Notes under the pieces: generated by a model | Told to the model about the DNA's origin: nothing | Seen by the model: the letters and a program-made list of their open reading frames with translations, nothing else | Database searches by the model: none | Program-made: the position numbers and the translations under genes | In this document: piece by piece, positions 19,394-29,205 of the stretch | How positions within the stretch are numbered: the first letter of the stretch is position 1 | Layout: each line of letters opens with the position of its first letter | Source: Bacteroidales bacterium | GTDB lineage: Bacteria > Bacteroidota > Bacteroidia > Bacteroidales > UBA4417 | Direction: 5' to 3' | Assembly (NCBI GenBank): GCA_963665485.1 | Contig: OY762227.1 | Coordinates: 2,864,784 to 2,928,783 of the forward strand | Length of the DNA stretch: 64,000 nucleotides

Positions 19394-20551
19394 TTACACT
19401 GATAAAATCCTTTGCTCAAGCATTGTCCTGCAGATAAATTCAGCCGCATGTCCGTTGCCAAATACATCTGGGAATTCGAGGTCGCCTGCTTCCATAAAAT
19501 ACATCACTGCTTCGATTATTTTGAGTTCATCGGCATCGGCGATAATCCCGGCGCCATTCTCAATAATTTCAACCCATTCGGTTTCGGGGCGGGCAACTAC
19601 CAAAGGTTTTTTAAAAAAGTATGCCTCTTTCTGTACACCTCCTGAATCAGAAAGAATCAGGCAGGAGTTTTTCTCAAGCATAATCATTTCGAAGTACGAA
19701 ACCGGTGGAATAAGATGGATGTGTTTGTTGTCTTTTAACCTGTGATATAAATCTTTGGACAATTTGCTTTCAATAATCTTTGACGTACGTGGATGTAAAG
19801 GAATAACAATCTGCAGATGCAGGTTTTCCTCAATATAACACATGGCGCTGATAATCTGGTTCAGTCGTTCGGGCGAATCGGTATTGTTGTCGCGGTGAAT
19901 GGTACAGAGTACAAATTCATTCTCTTTCAGGTTCAGCGTCTGCATAATGTCTGTCCGTTGCCCTGCTATTTCCGAATAGTGGACCAGGTTATCGAACATA
20001 ATGTCACCACAATGAAAAACTCCCGGATGGTCGGACGTATATGGAGCTGAAGTGCCAATTTTAAAACCTTCCCTTTCAAGGTTTTTTATCCCGGTATCGG
20101 TTGGCACAAATAATAGGGTAGAGGCGTGGTCGCACATAATGCGGTTGATTTCCTCAGGCATGGTTTTGTTATATGAGCGTAAGCCGGCTTCGATATGTAC
20201 AATCGGGATTTGTATTTTGCTGGCGGCAATTGCGCCAGCCAGGGTTGAGTTGGTGTCGCCAAACAGAACAATGTAATCAGGCTTTTCGGCAAGTAAAACC
20301 TTCTCAATTTCCTGTATCATCTGTGCCGTTTGTTTGCCATGCGAAGCGGAACCGATATTGAGGTTACTATGCGGGTTTGGTATGCCAAGTTCCTCAAAAA
20401 ACACCTGCGACATATTGGCGTCGTAATGTTGCCCGGTATGAATTATAATTTCTTCAATCTGATCAGAAAATGAATTCCGGATAGCGCGGCTCAAAGCTGC
20501 TGCTTTAATAATCTGGGGCCTTGCGCCAACAACGGTTACAATTTTTAGCAT
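19394..20551 (-). CDS. wecB: UDP-N-acetylglucosamine 2-epimerase (non-hydrolysing)
   Basis: VGARPQ, HTGQHY, GDTNS, HIEAGLRS, PEEINR, DSGGVQKEA. Confidence 0.95.
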   Translation of the reverse strand: MLKIVTVVGARPQIIKAAALSRAIRNSFSDQIEEIIIHTGQHYDANMSQVFFEELGIPNPHSNLNIGSASHGKQTAQMIQEIEKVLLAEKPDYIVLFGDTNSTLAGAIAASKIQIPIVHIEAGLRSYNKTMPEEINRIMCDHASTLLFVPTDTGIKNLEREGFKIGTSAPYTSDHPGVFHCGDIMFDNLVHYSEIAGQRTDIMQTLNLKENEFVLCTIHRDNNTDSPERLNQIISAMCYIEENLHLQIVIPLHPRTSKIIESKLSKDLYHRLKDNKHIHLIPPVSYFEMIMLEKNSCLILSDSGGVQKEAYFFKKPLVVARPETEWVEIIENGAGIIADADELKIIEAVMYFMEAGDLEFPDVFGNGHAAEFICRTMLEQRILSV

Positions 20552-20659
20552 TATAATTCTGTATTTATCAATTAAATGTTTGTATATCAATTAGTAATAC
20601 TTCAGTTATTATCTTTGAAATCCAACTATCCAATTACTTGTTTTCCCAAATCTTCAAAT

Positions 20660-20721
20660 TCTCTCCATTCCCAACCCCTAAATCCCAATCCCTATATCCT
20701 AACCCCTAAATCCTAATTCTC
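20660..20721. repeat. Degenerate ~7-mer array directly after the radC stop
   Basis: CCCTAAA/TCCCAAT/CCCTATA/TCCTAAC/CCCTAAA/TCCTAAT. Confidence 0.6.
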
Positions 20722-21417
20722 TTACATGATTCCCTCATCGGCAAAACTATAATAATTTCCATCGCCAACAATAATGTGATCGAGAACCGGCAGATCCAGC
20801 GTTTCCCCGGCAGCTTTCATCTTTTTTGTTAATTGGATATCGGCATCACTTGGTGTCAACTGTCCCGAAGGATGGTTGTGCCCCAAAATGATAGAAGTAG
20901 CGTTATTGTCGAGCGCCACTTTAAATACTTTGCGTTGATCGACCACTGTGCCGGTGATACCTCCATCGCTTATCCTAACTGTTTTCAGCACTTTGTTAGC
21001 CCTGTTGAGAAGTAAGATGCAGAAATTTTCATAATTCAGGTCGCCAAGTTCTTTCTGAAACAGGATGAACGCTGTTTTGCTGTCTTTTACCTGGGGTTTT
21101 TCATTAAGCACCGAAGTCCCTCTTCTTCGTCCCAGTTCAAGAGCAGAAGCTATGGTGATGGCTTTTGCCTCACCTATACCCTTGTATTTTTGTAGATCTG
21201 AAATAGTGAGCCTGGCTAATTCGGCAAAATTGTCATTTACCTCATTCATAATTCTTTTTGATAAAGCCACCGCTGATTCCTCATTGTTTCCGGAGCCAAT
21301 AAGGATAGCGATCAGTTCGGCATTGCTGAGCGCTGCAGGTCCTTTGTTAAGGAGTTTTTCCCGTGGTTTATCATCTTCGGCCCAGTCTTTAATGGAAGTT
21401 TTAGCTATTTTGTCCAT
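20722..21417 (-). CDS. radC: RadC / JAB-MPN domain protein
   Basis: PREKL, HhH GIGEAKA, HNHPSG...PS.AD, LDHIIVG. Confidence 0.95.
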   Translation of the reverse strand: MDKIAKTSIKDWAEDDKPREKLLNKGPAALSNAELIAILIGSGNNEESAVALSKRIMNEVNDNFAELARLTISDLQKYKGIGEAKAITIASALELGRRRGTSVLNEKPQVKDSKTAFILFQKELGDLNYENFCILLLNRANKVLKTVRISDGGITGTVVDQRKVFKVALDNNATSIILGHNHPSGQLTPSDADIQLTKKMKAAGETLDLPVLDHIIVGDGNYYSFADEGIM

Positions 21418-21468
21418 CTACAGATTATTTATAATAGGAGATGCTAAAATACAAAACTATCTAAAACG

Positions 21469-21495
21469 AAAAAGCCCCTGAAAATCAGAGGCTTT
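21469..21495 (-). terminator. Intrinsic terminator after rpsT
   Basis: AAAGCCCCTG...CAGAGGCTTT stem with U-tract on the minus strand. Confidence 0.65.
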
Positions 21496-21515
21496 AAACG
21501 AAGTAAAGATTTTGA

Positions 21516-21767
21516 CTAAAGCGCGTTCACTTTTTTTGTAAGCTTCGATTTCAAGTTCGCAGCTTTGTTTTTGTGAATGATGCTTTTCTTAGCAAGTTTA
21601 TCAATAAGAGAAACCAGTGAAGGAAGTTTTTCTGTAGCTACAGCTTTATCCTCTAAATCACGAAAAGCTTTAATTGAATTACGCATTGTTTTTGCATAAT
21701 AGCGGTTGCGAAGCCTTTTCTTGTCGTTTGCTCTGATCCTTTTTAAGGATGATTTGTGATTTGCCAT
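21516..21767 (-). CDS. rpsT: 30S ribosomal protein bS20
   Basis: [12 protein letters not shown]...[14 protein letters not shown]. Confidence 0.98.
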   Translation of the reverse strand: MANHKSSLKRIRANDKKRLRNRYYAKTMRNSIKAFRDLEDKAVATEKLPSLVSLIDKLAKKSIIHKNKAANLKSKLTKKVNAL

Positions 21768-21791
21768 TGTTAAACTTTAAAATGTTGTTAG

Positions 21792-21863
21792 TAGTCCGTA
21801 GGGGAATCGAACCCCTGTTACCAGGATGAAAACCTGACGTCCTAACCCCTAGACGAACGGACC
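21792..21863 (-). tRNA. tRNA-Glu(UUC)
   Basis: GGTCCGTTCGTCTAGGGGTTAGGACGTCAGGTTTTCATCCTGGTAACAGGGGTTCGATTCCCCTACGGACTA folds as a cloverleaf; no encoded CCA; TACCTTTG box at 21883-21890. Confidence 0.97.
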
Positions 21864-22407
21864 ATATCGTTTTTTGAGGCTGCAAAGGTAATACTTTTTT
21901 TCAATCGGGCAATAGGAGCGAAAAAAAAATGCAAATATTTCTCTGAAATTCTAAGGAAGTATTTTAAAGTCTTGATTTATAGCAAGTGTACATGTTACAA
22001 ATGCCATATTTTAGTAAATCAGAAAGTAAAATTAGTCATTTGTTAAGTATGTCTGTGAATATTTATATTTTCAAATGATTAAATTTACACCCCGTTTGTA
22101 TTCCTTATGCGGGAAATATTGAATTACTGTACCTCGTATTCGTTTTGAATGTGGTTATTCAGATACTGGTATTTGAATTTTTTAATTGCTTGGCTGCTGA
22201 TCAAATCAGGCACTTCAGTGTTTACCTGATTTAGAATATTAATAAATTGTTAAAAATTAAAACTTGTTAAAACTCACGATTACGTAGGCAAACAGCGTTT
22301 TTAGATTATTCGACCCATCAATTTTATTTGCATGTATGGGAAAAACTATATATTTTGGCTCTTTCAAATTGCCAAAAGAAATTTATTTATTAACCAAAAC
22401 CAGAAAA

Positions 22408-24156
22408 ATGAAAAGAAAACTACTCCTTGCTCTATCAGCAGCATTACTAAGTTCAAGCCTGATGGCTGGTGGTATTATGACTAACTCCAATCAGAGTGCA
22501 TCCTATGCACGTATGCTTGCACGAAATGCTTCTTTGGGTATTGATGCCGTTTATTATAATCCTGCCGGATTAACTAAATTAGGAAAAGGCTTCTACCTTT
22601 CTCTGAACAATCAATCCATTTTTCAAACCAAGGATGTGACTAATAATTACCCTTATTTGCACGGTAATCCAGATGCTAAGTATACCGGAATTGTTAAAGC
22701 TCCTGTATTTCCCGGTGTTTATGCAGTTTATAAACTGAATAAATTAGCCTTTTCGTTTGGGTTTAATCCAGTAGGTGGTGGTGGTGGAGCCAAGTATGAC
22801 ACAGGTTTGCCATCATTTGAAATGCCAATTTCCGATTTGAAGCCTAAGCTGGGTGCAGCATTTGGGGTAACTGACTATAGCGCTGATATCAACTTTGAAG
22901 GTACATCTGTCTTTTTTGGTTACCAGGGTGGTGTTTCGTACGAGATAAGCCCGGAAATTTCTGTATTTGCCGGACTACGTTTTGTAACAGCAAAGAATAC
23001 TTATAAAGGATCAATTTTGAATATTATGATTGATCCTACATATACAGCTCCTACAGTGCCTGGTTCAGGCTTAACAGTTCCTGCTTTTGCCGGAAATTTT
23101 ATAAAAGCACAAGCATTTGGAGTACAAATGAATGATTATTTTACAAAAGGTGCAACCTATTTAACCGGGGTTGCCACCTATTACACAGGCGTTGCTGCGC
23201 AATATACAGGTGCTGCTGCTGCTGCTGCAGGTCTTACAGCCAATAATTTGGGATCATATACATTAGCGCAGGCTCAGGCAGCTGGAGCTATTACAGCAGC
23301 ACAACAAGCTCAGCTTGAAGGAGCTTTAACAGCTGCAGGCCAATCGATATCTACACCGATTGCTCAAGCCCAGGTTGTATATACTACTGTAGCAGGTCAG
23401 GCAACTGCTGGTTCAGCACAAGCTACTCAAGGTGCCGCTCAGTTTACAGGAGGAGCTGCTCAAATGACTACCTTAGCTGCTGGAACCGGAGATGTGGAAG
23501 TTGACGCGGTTCAGAAAGGCACCGGTTATACACCGATTTTGGGTGTAAATCTTACTCTGGCTGAAAAACTTACCCTTGCTATCAAATATGAGTTTCAGAC
23601 TAAAATTGAGCTGACAAACAAAACCAAAATAGATGGTTCAGGTATGTTTCCGGATGGGGAAAAATCACGCAGTGATATGCCGGCAATGCTTTCATTAGGC
23701 GCTTCCTATCCTGTAACCAGCAAACTGACTACTTCTCTCAGTTATATTTTGTATTTCGATAAAAGTGCCAATTACGGTAAGAAAGTCGGACTTGATTATG
23801 TAACTAACAAATCATTAATTGACAAAAACTACTTCGAACTTGCGCTTGGCCTTGAGTACAGTATTACCGATAAATTCCTGGTAAGTGGAGGATATCTTCG
23901 TTCGCAAACAGGTGTTTCGAAAGAATATCAATCTGATCTGAGCTATAGCCTTACTTCAAATTCGGGTGCAATTGGTGGACAGTATAAAATTACTCCTGGT
24001 ATTGCTCTTAACCTGGGAGCTTTAGTTACCAAGTATAATAAGGGAGATAGGCCTTTCACTCATTTACCTGGTACAGCTACAACTGCAGGAGTTGAAAAAT
24101 TAGCTAAAACAACCTGGCTGATGTCTATCGGTTTAGATATTAAAATTGGTAAATAA
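22408..24156 (+). CDS. FadL/OmpP1-family outer-membrane transporter with a large Ala/Gln/Thr-rich insertion
   Basis: Signal peptide; TNSNQS...YYNPAGL hatch motif; barrel strands. Confidence 0.82.
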   Translation: MKRKLLLALSAALLSSSLMAGGIMTNSNQSASYARMLARNASLGIDAVYYNPAGLTKLGKGFYLSLNNQSIFQTKDVTNNYPYLHGNPDAKYTGIVKAPVFPGVYAVYKLNKLAFSFGFNPVGGGGGAKYDTGLPSFEMPISDLKPKLGAAFGVTDYSADINFEGTSVFFGYQGGVSYEISPEISVFAGLRFVTAKNTYKGSILNIMIDPTYTAPTVPGSGLTVPAFAGNFIKAQAFGVQMNDYFTKGATYLTGVATYYTGVAAQYTGAAAAAAGLTANNLGSYTLAQAQAAGAITAAQQAQLEGALTAAGQSISTPIAQAQVVYTTVAGQATAGSAQATQGAAQFTGGAAQMTTLAAGTGDVEVDAVQKGTGYTPILGVNLTLAEKLTLAIKYEFQTKIELTNKTKIDGSGMFPDGEKSRSDMPAMLSLGASYPVTSKLTTSLSYILYFDKSANYGKKVGLDYVTNKSLIDKNYFELALGLEYSITDKFLVSGGYLRSQTGVSKEYQSDLSYSLTSNSGAIGGQYKITPGIALNLGALVTKYNKGDRPFTHLPGTATTAGVEKLAKTTWLMSIGLDIKIGK

Positions 24157-24173
24157 TATTAGTAACAGAGAAT

Positions 24174-24211
24174 AAAAAAAAGTCCCGGTCGTGTGACCGG
24201 GACTTTTTTTT
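24174..24211. terminator. Bidirectional intrinsic terminator
   Basis: A-tract, GTCCCGGTC/GACCGGGAC stem and T-tract between convergent genes. Confidence 0.9.
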
Positions 24212-24225
24212 ATGGCAACTCATTA

Positions 24226-25641
24226 TTACTTCTTTACAAATTTTCCTTCGTATATTTCCTTTTGTGAAACACATTTTACAATGTAAGTTCCAGGTACCAA
24301 ATCCTGAACATCAATGTTATTTCCATAGCGATTTGAAGAGGTTTTCACACGTTGGCCTTTCAAATCTATGATTTGGATAGTATCAAATGCGGTTTTTGAA
24401 TTATATTTTAGTGAAAGAATTTTGTCAACCGGATTAGGGAAGCATTGGATAGTTTTTATCTCTTTTGGGTCTTCAATTGTATTGGTAAAGGAGTCAAACA
24501 GCCAAAGGTAGGCTGCGCCAAAGGCCTCCCGCCAGAGTTTTTCGTTATGCTGGCCCCCAGCTACGACTTTATTGAAGATATTGTTCTGCCCAAAGCCCAA
24601 ACTAACAAGAGAATCATTCATCCGCTTCATATCGTTAACCACATTCTCGCTTTCCGTTAAATTGCTGCCTTCATTCGATCCACATAGTTGATAAAACCAC
24701 ATTTCCTTTTGTTTGCCGGTAGTGTGCGTAAATGACCAAATGTTATCGGAAAACCAATAAGATGGAGAAAATAACCCGGCTTTGCTGAAAACTTCCTGGT
24801 ATTTGACTGAACCGTAGTGCGATATCAATCCTCCCAATGAACTGCCCATTATACCGGTATTTTCCCTATCAGGTAATGTACGGTAATGCTGATCGATATA
24901 CGGTTTGAGCGTTTCCACAATAAATTGAATATACTTATCTCCATCGCCACCACCATACTCGGTATTTGTCCAGGGAGTATATTCGGCTATGCGATCGATT
25001 CCGTTATCGATGCCAATAACAATCGGGACGTGTTTTCCCTGTGCCGCCAGAATATTTAATGTTTCATCCACTTCCCATTCTCCCGCAAATGAGGTTGACG
25101 CGTCAAATAAATTTTGTCCGTCATGCATATAAAGTACCGGATAACTTTTCCCCGAAGTTTCATAATCCGGTGGGAAATAAATCCAAACCCGGCGGGTGCG
25201 CCCTAACTGCGGCATTGCGAAATTATTGCTCATTATTTTCACATTGGAAGCCGCGGTTGAAGTACTTCCCGCTATGTCAGCCCAGTTTGAAATAGTAATT
25301 TCCACTGAACTGTTGCCACCAAAAGTATAGGTACGGTTTGCCATTTCGTTGCCTGCAGCGTCTTTTTCAACGGTTGTCCATGTACCACGTGTGAACTTGA
25401 ATTGGATCACTGTTCCTGCTGCCTGTGCGGGTAAAGTAATACTCCATTTTCCGTTTTCGTTCTTTTGCAACATATATTGGGACAACCCAGGACTCCAGCC
25501 TGTAAAGTCACCGGCAATATACAGATTGTCCTGCGCTGGTGTATTTGCGGGAAGCGACTGAACGATAAATGTTACCTGGGCCATTATCCTGATTGTATTG
25601 ATGCATAAGAATATGGTAATTAATAAAAGGCGATTTTTCAT
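24226..25641 (-). CDS. Alpha/beta-hydrolase esterase with N-terminal CBM20/48-like domain and T9SS C-terminal domain
   Basis: YIAGDFTGW...FKFTRG.W; YPVLYMHDGQN; GSSLGG; FPNP...KFVKK. Confidence 0.87.
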   Translation of the reverse strand: MKNRLLLITIFLCINTIRIMAQVTFIVQSLPANTPAQDNLYIAGDFTGWSPGLSQYMLQKNENGKWSITLPAQAAGTVIQFKFTRGTWTTVEKDAAGNEMANRTYTFGGNSSVEITISNWADIAGSTSTAASNVKIMSNNFAMPQLGRTRRVWIYFPPDYETSGKSYPVLYMHDGQNLFDASTSFAGEWEVDETLNILAAQGKHVPIVIGIDNGIDRIAEYTPWTNTEYGGGDGDKYIQFIVETLKPYIDQHYRTLPDRENTGIMGSSLGGLISHYGSVKYQEVFSKAGLFSPSYWFSDNIWSFTHTTGKQKEMWFYQLCGSNEGSNLTESENVVNDMKRMNDSLVSLGFGQNNIFNKVVAGGQHNEKLWREAFGAAYLWLFDSFTNTIEDPKEIKTIQCFPNPVDKILSLKYNSKTAFDTIQIIDLKGQRVKTSSNRYGNNIDVQDLVPGTYIVKCVSQKEIYEGKFVKK

Positions 25642-25761
25642 GACTTATGGAATATGATATTGAATAGCTGGATTTTTAGTGCAAGTTTACCAAAACTTAA
25701 TACACAAACTAAAATTTATTGTAACTATTCAGCCCTATCAAAGTATTGAAAAACAAAAACA

Positions 25762-25920
25762 TGCCACAGATTACCTTCGGTGAGATCCCTGCTTGCATCA
25801 GGCAAGGCTTCGCTAAGTTTCGCGGATTTCGCAGATTAGGAATGTCAATTCAGCCGATTTTAACATAAAAACCTATAGAAGCTAGTTTAAAATCTGTGCT
25901 AATCTGTGAAATCTGTGGCA
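25762..25920. repeat. MITE/REP-like composite inverted-repeat element
   Basis: Terminal TGCCACAGATT / AATCTGTGGCA; internal CAGATT/AATCTG iterations; nested palindrome at 25788-25807. Confidence 0.7.
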
Positions 25921-25952
25921 ATATGAATTGAATATGAATTGAATATGAATTG
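25920..25952. repeat. Tandem repeat (AATATGAATTG)x3
   Basis: Three perfect 11-bp copies. Confidence 0.85.
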
Positions 25953-26037
25953 AAATATAGTCTGCTGTAATCCTTCGTTTAAAGCATCATATTTTTTCTT
26001 TCTTTTGCAGTTCATATTTTAACCCAAATAAACGCAT

Positions 26038-27339
26038 ATGAAAAATACTTCCTTGCCCGAAAAACAAGGCTTTAGGTCGTTTCCCCGCAGTTTCTGGACT
26101 GTAATTACCATGGAGTTTTTCGAAAGGGGATCCTACTATGGCGTTATGTCGGTGCTTTCGGTTTACCTGGTAATGAGTGTACCCGAAGGCGGATTAGGTT
26201 TTTCGAAAGAAAGCGTGGGCGTGATTAAAAGTACAATTACTCCTTTATTGTATTTTCTGCCAATTCTTGCGGGCGCATTAGCCGACAGGTTCGGATACCG
26301 GCGTACACTGATGATGGCTTTTACTGTAATGAGTACAGGTTACTTTTTTACCAGTCTGTCCACATCGTATGGAATGGTTTTTCTAAGCCTGGTATTGATG
26401 GCAATGGGAGCGGGCTTCTTTAAACCGGTCATTGCCGGGACAATTTCGAGGGTAACCGACGAAGGTACTTCATCACTTGGTTTTGGGATTTACTACTGGA
26501 GTATTAACCTGGGAGCCTTTATTTTTCCTTTGATTTTTGTACCGTATCTTAAAAGTATTGGCTGGAGCTATATTTTCGTGATGGCTGCTATAGGGACAGG
26601 CTCGATGCTGTTACTCAACATTTTTGTGTATCGCGAACCACCAAAACCAAAGAGCACTCAACCATTGCTTGAAGTTTTCAAAGGGATATTCCTGGTGCTG
26701 AAGGATTTTCGATTTGTGCTGATGATAGTAATTTATTCTGGTTTCTGGATCTTGTATTTCCAGATGTTTGATACAGTACTTTGGTACCTGAAAGATTATA
26801 TCGATATGGCACCGGTAAATAAGGTAGTGAATTCCTTTCTGGGTATTTTTATACAGAATCCTTCCTGGAAATTTGATTCGGAACATGTAACAGTAATCAA
26901 CGCTGCTTGTATTATACTTTTGCAATTGGCTGTTTCCAAAATTGTGCGTAAAATTCCAGCATTGCCAACCATGATAGCGGGTATAGCCATGGGAACTATT
27001 GGTATGGCTATACTTTCGATTTCAACATATGCCTGGGTTTTTATTGCGGGAATAGTAATATTCTCCATTGGCGAAATGACTGCGCATCCTAAATTTATCT
27101 CGTATGTTGGTTTGATTGCACCAGCTGATAAAAAAGCATTATACCAGGGCTACGCATTTCTGTATGGTGTAATTGGTAGCGGAATTGGTGGAATCCTTGG
27201 AGCTACGCTCTATGTTCATTTCGTGGATAAGCTTCACCAGCCTGGAGTTTTATGGTTTATTTTCAGCCTGATCGGAGTGGCGACTATAATTGGGTTGCTG
27301 CTTTATAACAGGTTTGTTTTGCCTCGGGAGAGTGCATAG
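26038..27339 (+). CDS. MFS transporter, POT/PTR-like
   Basis: EFFERGSYYG (ExxER), GALADRFGYRR, FGIYYWSINLGA; about 12 TM segments. Confidence 0.88.
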   Translation: MKNTSLPEKQGFRSFPRSFWTVITMEFFERGSYYGVMSVLSVYLVMSVPEGGLGFSKESVGVIKSTITPLLYFLPILAGALADRFGYRRTLMMAFTVMSTGYFFTSLSTSYGMVFLSLVLMAMGAGFFKPVIAGTISRVTDEGTSSLGFGIYYWSINLGAFIFPLIFVPYLKSIGWSYIFVMAAIGTGSMLLLNIFVYREPPKPKSTQPLLEVFKGIFLVLKDFRFVLMIVIYSGFWILYFQMFDTVLWYLKDYIDMAPVNKVVNSFLGIFIQNPSWKFDSEHVTVINAACIILLQLAVSKIVRKIPALPTMIAGIAMGTIGMAILSISTYAWVFIAGIVIFSIGEMTAHPKFISYVGLIAPADKKALYQGYAFLYGVIGSGIGGILGATLYVHFVDKLHQPGVLWFIFSLIGVATIIGLLLYNRFVLPRESA

Positions 27340-27375
27340 AGATGAGTGCTTAGTGCATTGTGCTTAGTGCATAGT
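27331..27375. repeat. 7-mer array overlapping the MFS stop codon
   Basis: AGTGCAT AGAGATG AGTGCTT AGTGCAT TGTGCTT AGTGCAT. Confidence 0.65.
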
Positions 27376-27412
27376 ATGATCTCCTCAATACATAACCTCT
27401 AAAACCCAAATA

Positions 27413-27619
27413 ATGGAATTCGAACTAATTGATCATGAATATATCCAGCTAAACCAACTCCTGAAATTATTAGGCCTTGTTGAAACAGGCGGGGAAGCCA
27501 ACCAACGGATTGTAGATGGGGAAGTAAAGGTGAATAATAAGGTTGAATACCAGAAGCGGAAGAAGCTACATCAGGGAGATGTAGTGCTTTATAACAGGAA
27601 GTTGATCAGGATAGCATAA
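27413..27619 (+). CDS. S4-domain RNA-binding protein (YaaA/YbcJ family)
   Basis: YIQLNQLLK..GL.ETGGEA...I.DGEVKVN...E..KRKKL. Confidence 0.9.
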   Translation: MEFELIDHEYIQLNQLLKLLGLVETGGEANQRIVDGEVKVNNKVEYQKRKKLHQGDVVLYNRKLIRIA

Positions 27620-27665
27620 AATTATTATACACATTCTTGTAGTACAGTGTTGCATCTCAAGTATG

Positions 27666-27777
27666 AAAAAGCCCCGCGTTGCATCGGGGCACGGAAAAAC
27701 TACCATTAAATTAAAGGCTTGAATAACTCAGTTTGTACAAGCCCTTACCCAGCAGAATTTAGAAAATTATTAACTCT
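27666..27777 (-). ncRNA. Candidate small RNA of about 110 nt
   Basis: -7-like CATATTTG at 27784-27791; internal AAGGGCTTG/CAAGCCTTT stem; GCCCCG/CGGGGC-U5 terminator; no convincing ORF. Confidence 0.4.
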
Positions 27778-27911
27778 TTATCGCAAATATGCAATTCTCA
27801 AAACGCAAATTTGAAATCTATCTGAGTTTTTTCTCCCTGTATTTCTAAAAGGACTTTTTCAGTGTCCTTCTTTTCATACCGGGGATTTCTTTCTATACTT
27901 TAAATCTATAT

Positions 27912-28007
27912 CCTAACAGCCTAACAGCCTAACAGTCAAACAGTCAAACAGTCAAACAGTCAAACAGTCAAACAGTCAAACAGTCAAACAGTCAAACAGT
28001 CAAACAG
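27912..28007. repeat. 8-bp tandem array: (CCTAACAG)x3 then (TCAAACAG)x9
   Basis: Read directly; abuts the stop codon at 28009. Confidence 0.95.
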
Positions 28008-28008
28008 C

Positions 28009-29100
28009 TTAACACTCCACCAATTCCCTTTTTAACAGATACACCTGGTATTCCTGCCTGATCGTATCCATAAGTTCTTTTACAGGAATGATTTTATTAG
28101 TTCTCCATACATTGCTGCCGGCAAAAGCATAACCCCTGCGGAAGTTGCCTCTGAGCGCTGATGTTAGCGAAGCAATGATACAATAAGGAGCGGTGCTGAT
28201 ATCGCAGGTGCGGATACAGTTTACCGGGCAGGTCTTTGGCTGACGTTTCCCCGCTATAACTTCATCCAGGAATGGTGATTTAATAGCGCGTCCCGGCATT
28301 CCTACCGGACTCTTTATTATGGTAACATCATCTTTCGTTGCGTTCAGGTAGGCTTGCTTAAACTCAATGGAAGCATCGCATTCATCCGTTGTTACAAAAC
28401 GTGTACCCATCTGAACACCTGAAGCGCCTAACTCAAGAATTTTAACAATATCCGCCCCTGAATATATTCCACCAGCCGCTATTACAGGAATTTCCTTCCC
28501 GTTAAGCAATCCGATAGGGTTAACAACTGAAACCACTTCAGGAATTAGGCTTTCAATGGCAAAATTTTCATCAAAAATCTGCTCCGGCTTAAATCCCAGG
28601 TGCCCACCTGCTTTAGGGCCTTCAACAATTACTGCATCGGGAAGATAATTATAGTTTGCCAACCATTTGTTGCAGATCAATGAAGCCGCCCTTGCCGACG
28701 AAACAATTGGAACCAGGCGTGTTTTACAACCTGGTGTAAGGAATTTAGGCAGATCGAGCGGAAGCCCGGCTCCGGAGATCACAATATCTATACCCTCTTC
28801 AATTGAAGTGTGTACCAGGTCTTCATAATTGGTAAGCGCTACCATTATATTTACACCAAGTATGCCTTTTGTTTTTCTCCTGGCAATCCTGATTTCTTCT
28901 TTCAAGCCATAAATGCAATTGGCTAAATAATCATTTGAATGGGTTTTATATAACATGCCTAATCCTGCTGCTGATATTACACCAACGCCACCCTCGGCAG
29001 CAACCGCTGAAGCAAGCCCCGAAAGAGAGATTCCAACTCCCATTCCTCCTTGAATGATAGGAGTAGGTATAATCAATCCACCGATGTTCAATTCTTTCAT
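28009..29100 (-). CDS. Nitronate monooxygenase / FabK-like flavin oxidoreductase
   Basis: PIIQGGMG, EGPKAGGH, IAAGGI, VQMGTRF; C-terminal Cys cluster; start at 29100 or 29115. Confidence 0.9.
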   Translation of the reverse strand: MKELNIGGLIIPTPIIQGGMGVGISLSGLASAVAAEGGVGVISAAGLGMLYKTHSNDYLANCIYGLKEEIRIARRKTKGILGVNIMVALTNYEDLVHTSIEEGIDIVISGAGLPLDLPKFLTPGCKTRLVPIVSSARAASLICNKWLANYNYLPDAVIVEGPKAGGHLGFKPEQIFDENFAIESLIPEVVSVVNPIGLLNGKEIPVIAAGGIYSGADIVKILELGASGVQMGTRFVTTDECDASIEFKQAYLNATKDDVTIIKSPVGMPGRAIKSPFLDEVIAGKRQPKTCPVNCIRTCDISTAPYCIIASLTSALRGNFRRGYAFAGSNVWRTNKIIPVKELMDTIRQEYQVYLLKRELVEC

Positions 29101-29205
29101 CTTTGTCATTTGCATGAGTTTTTGGAAAAGTAAAAGCCTTGTTTTATGCCAGGAAATAAATCTTTGTTAACGCGCAGAATGCAACTTCCTGAACTTTTAC
29201 TGATA

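Noticed and set aside
20722-21863. radC next to a tRNA as a sign of an integrated element
   Set aside because: This is the full-length HhH-containing chromosomal type next to rpsT, with no integrase and no duplicated tRNA-Glu end seen.
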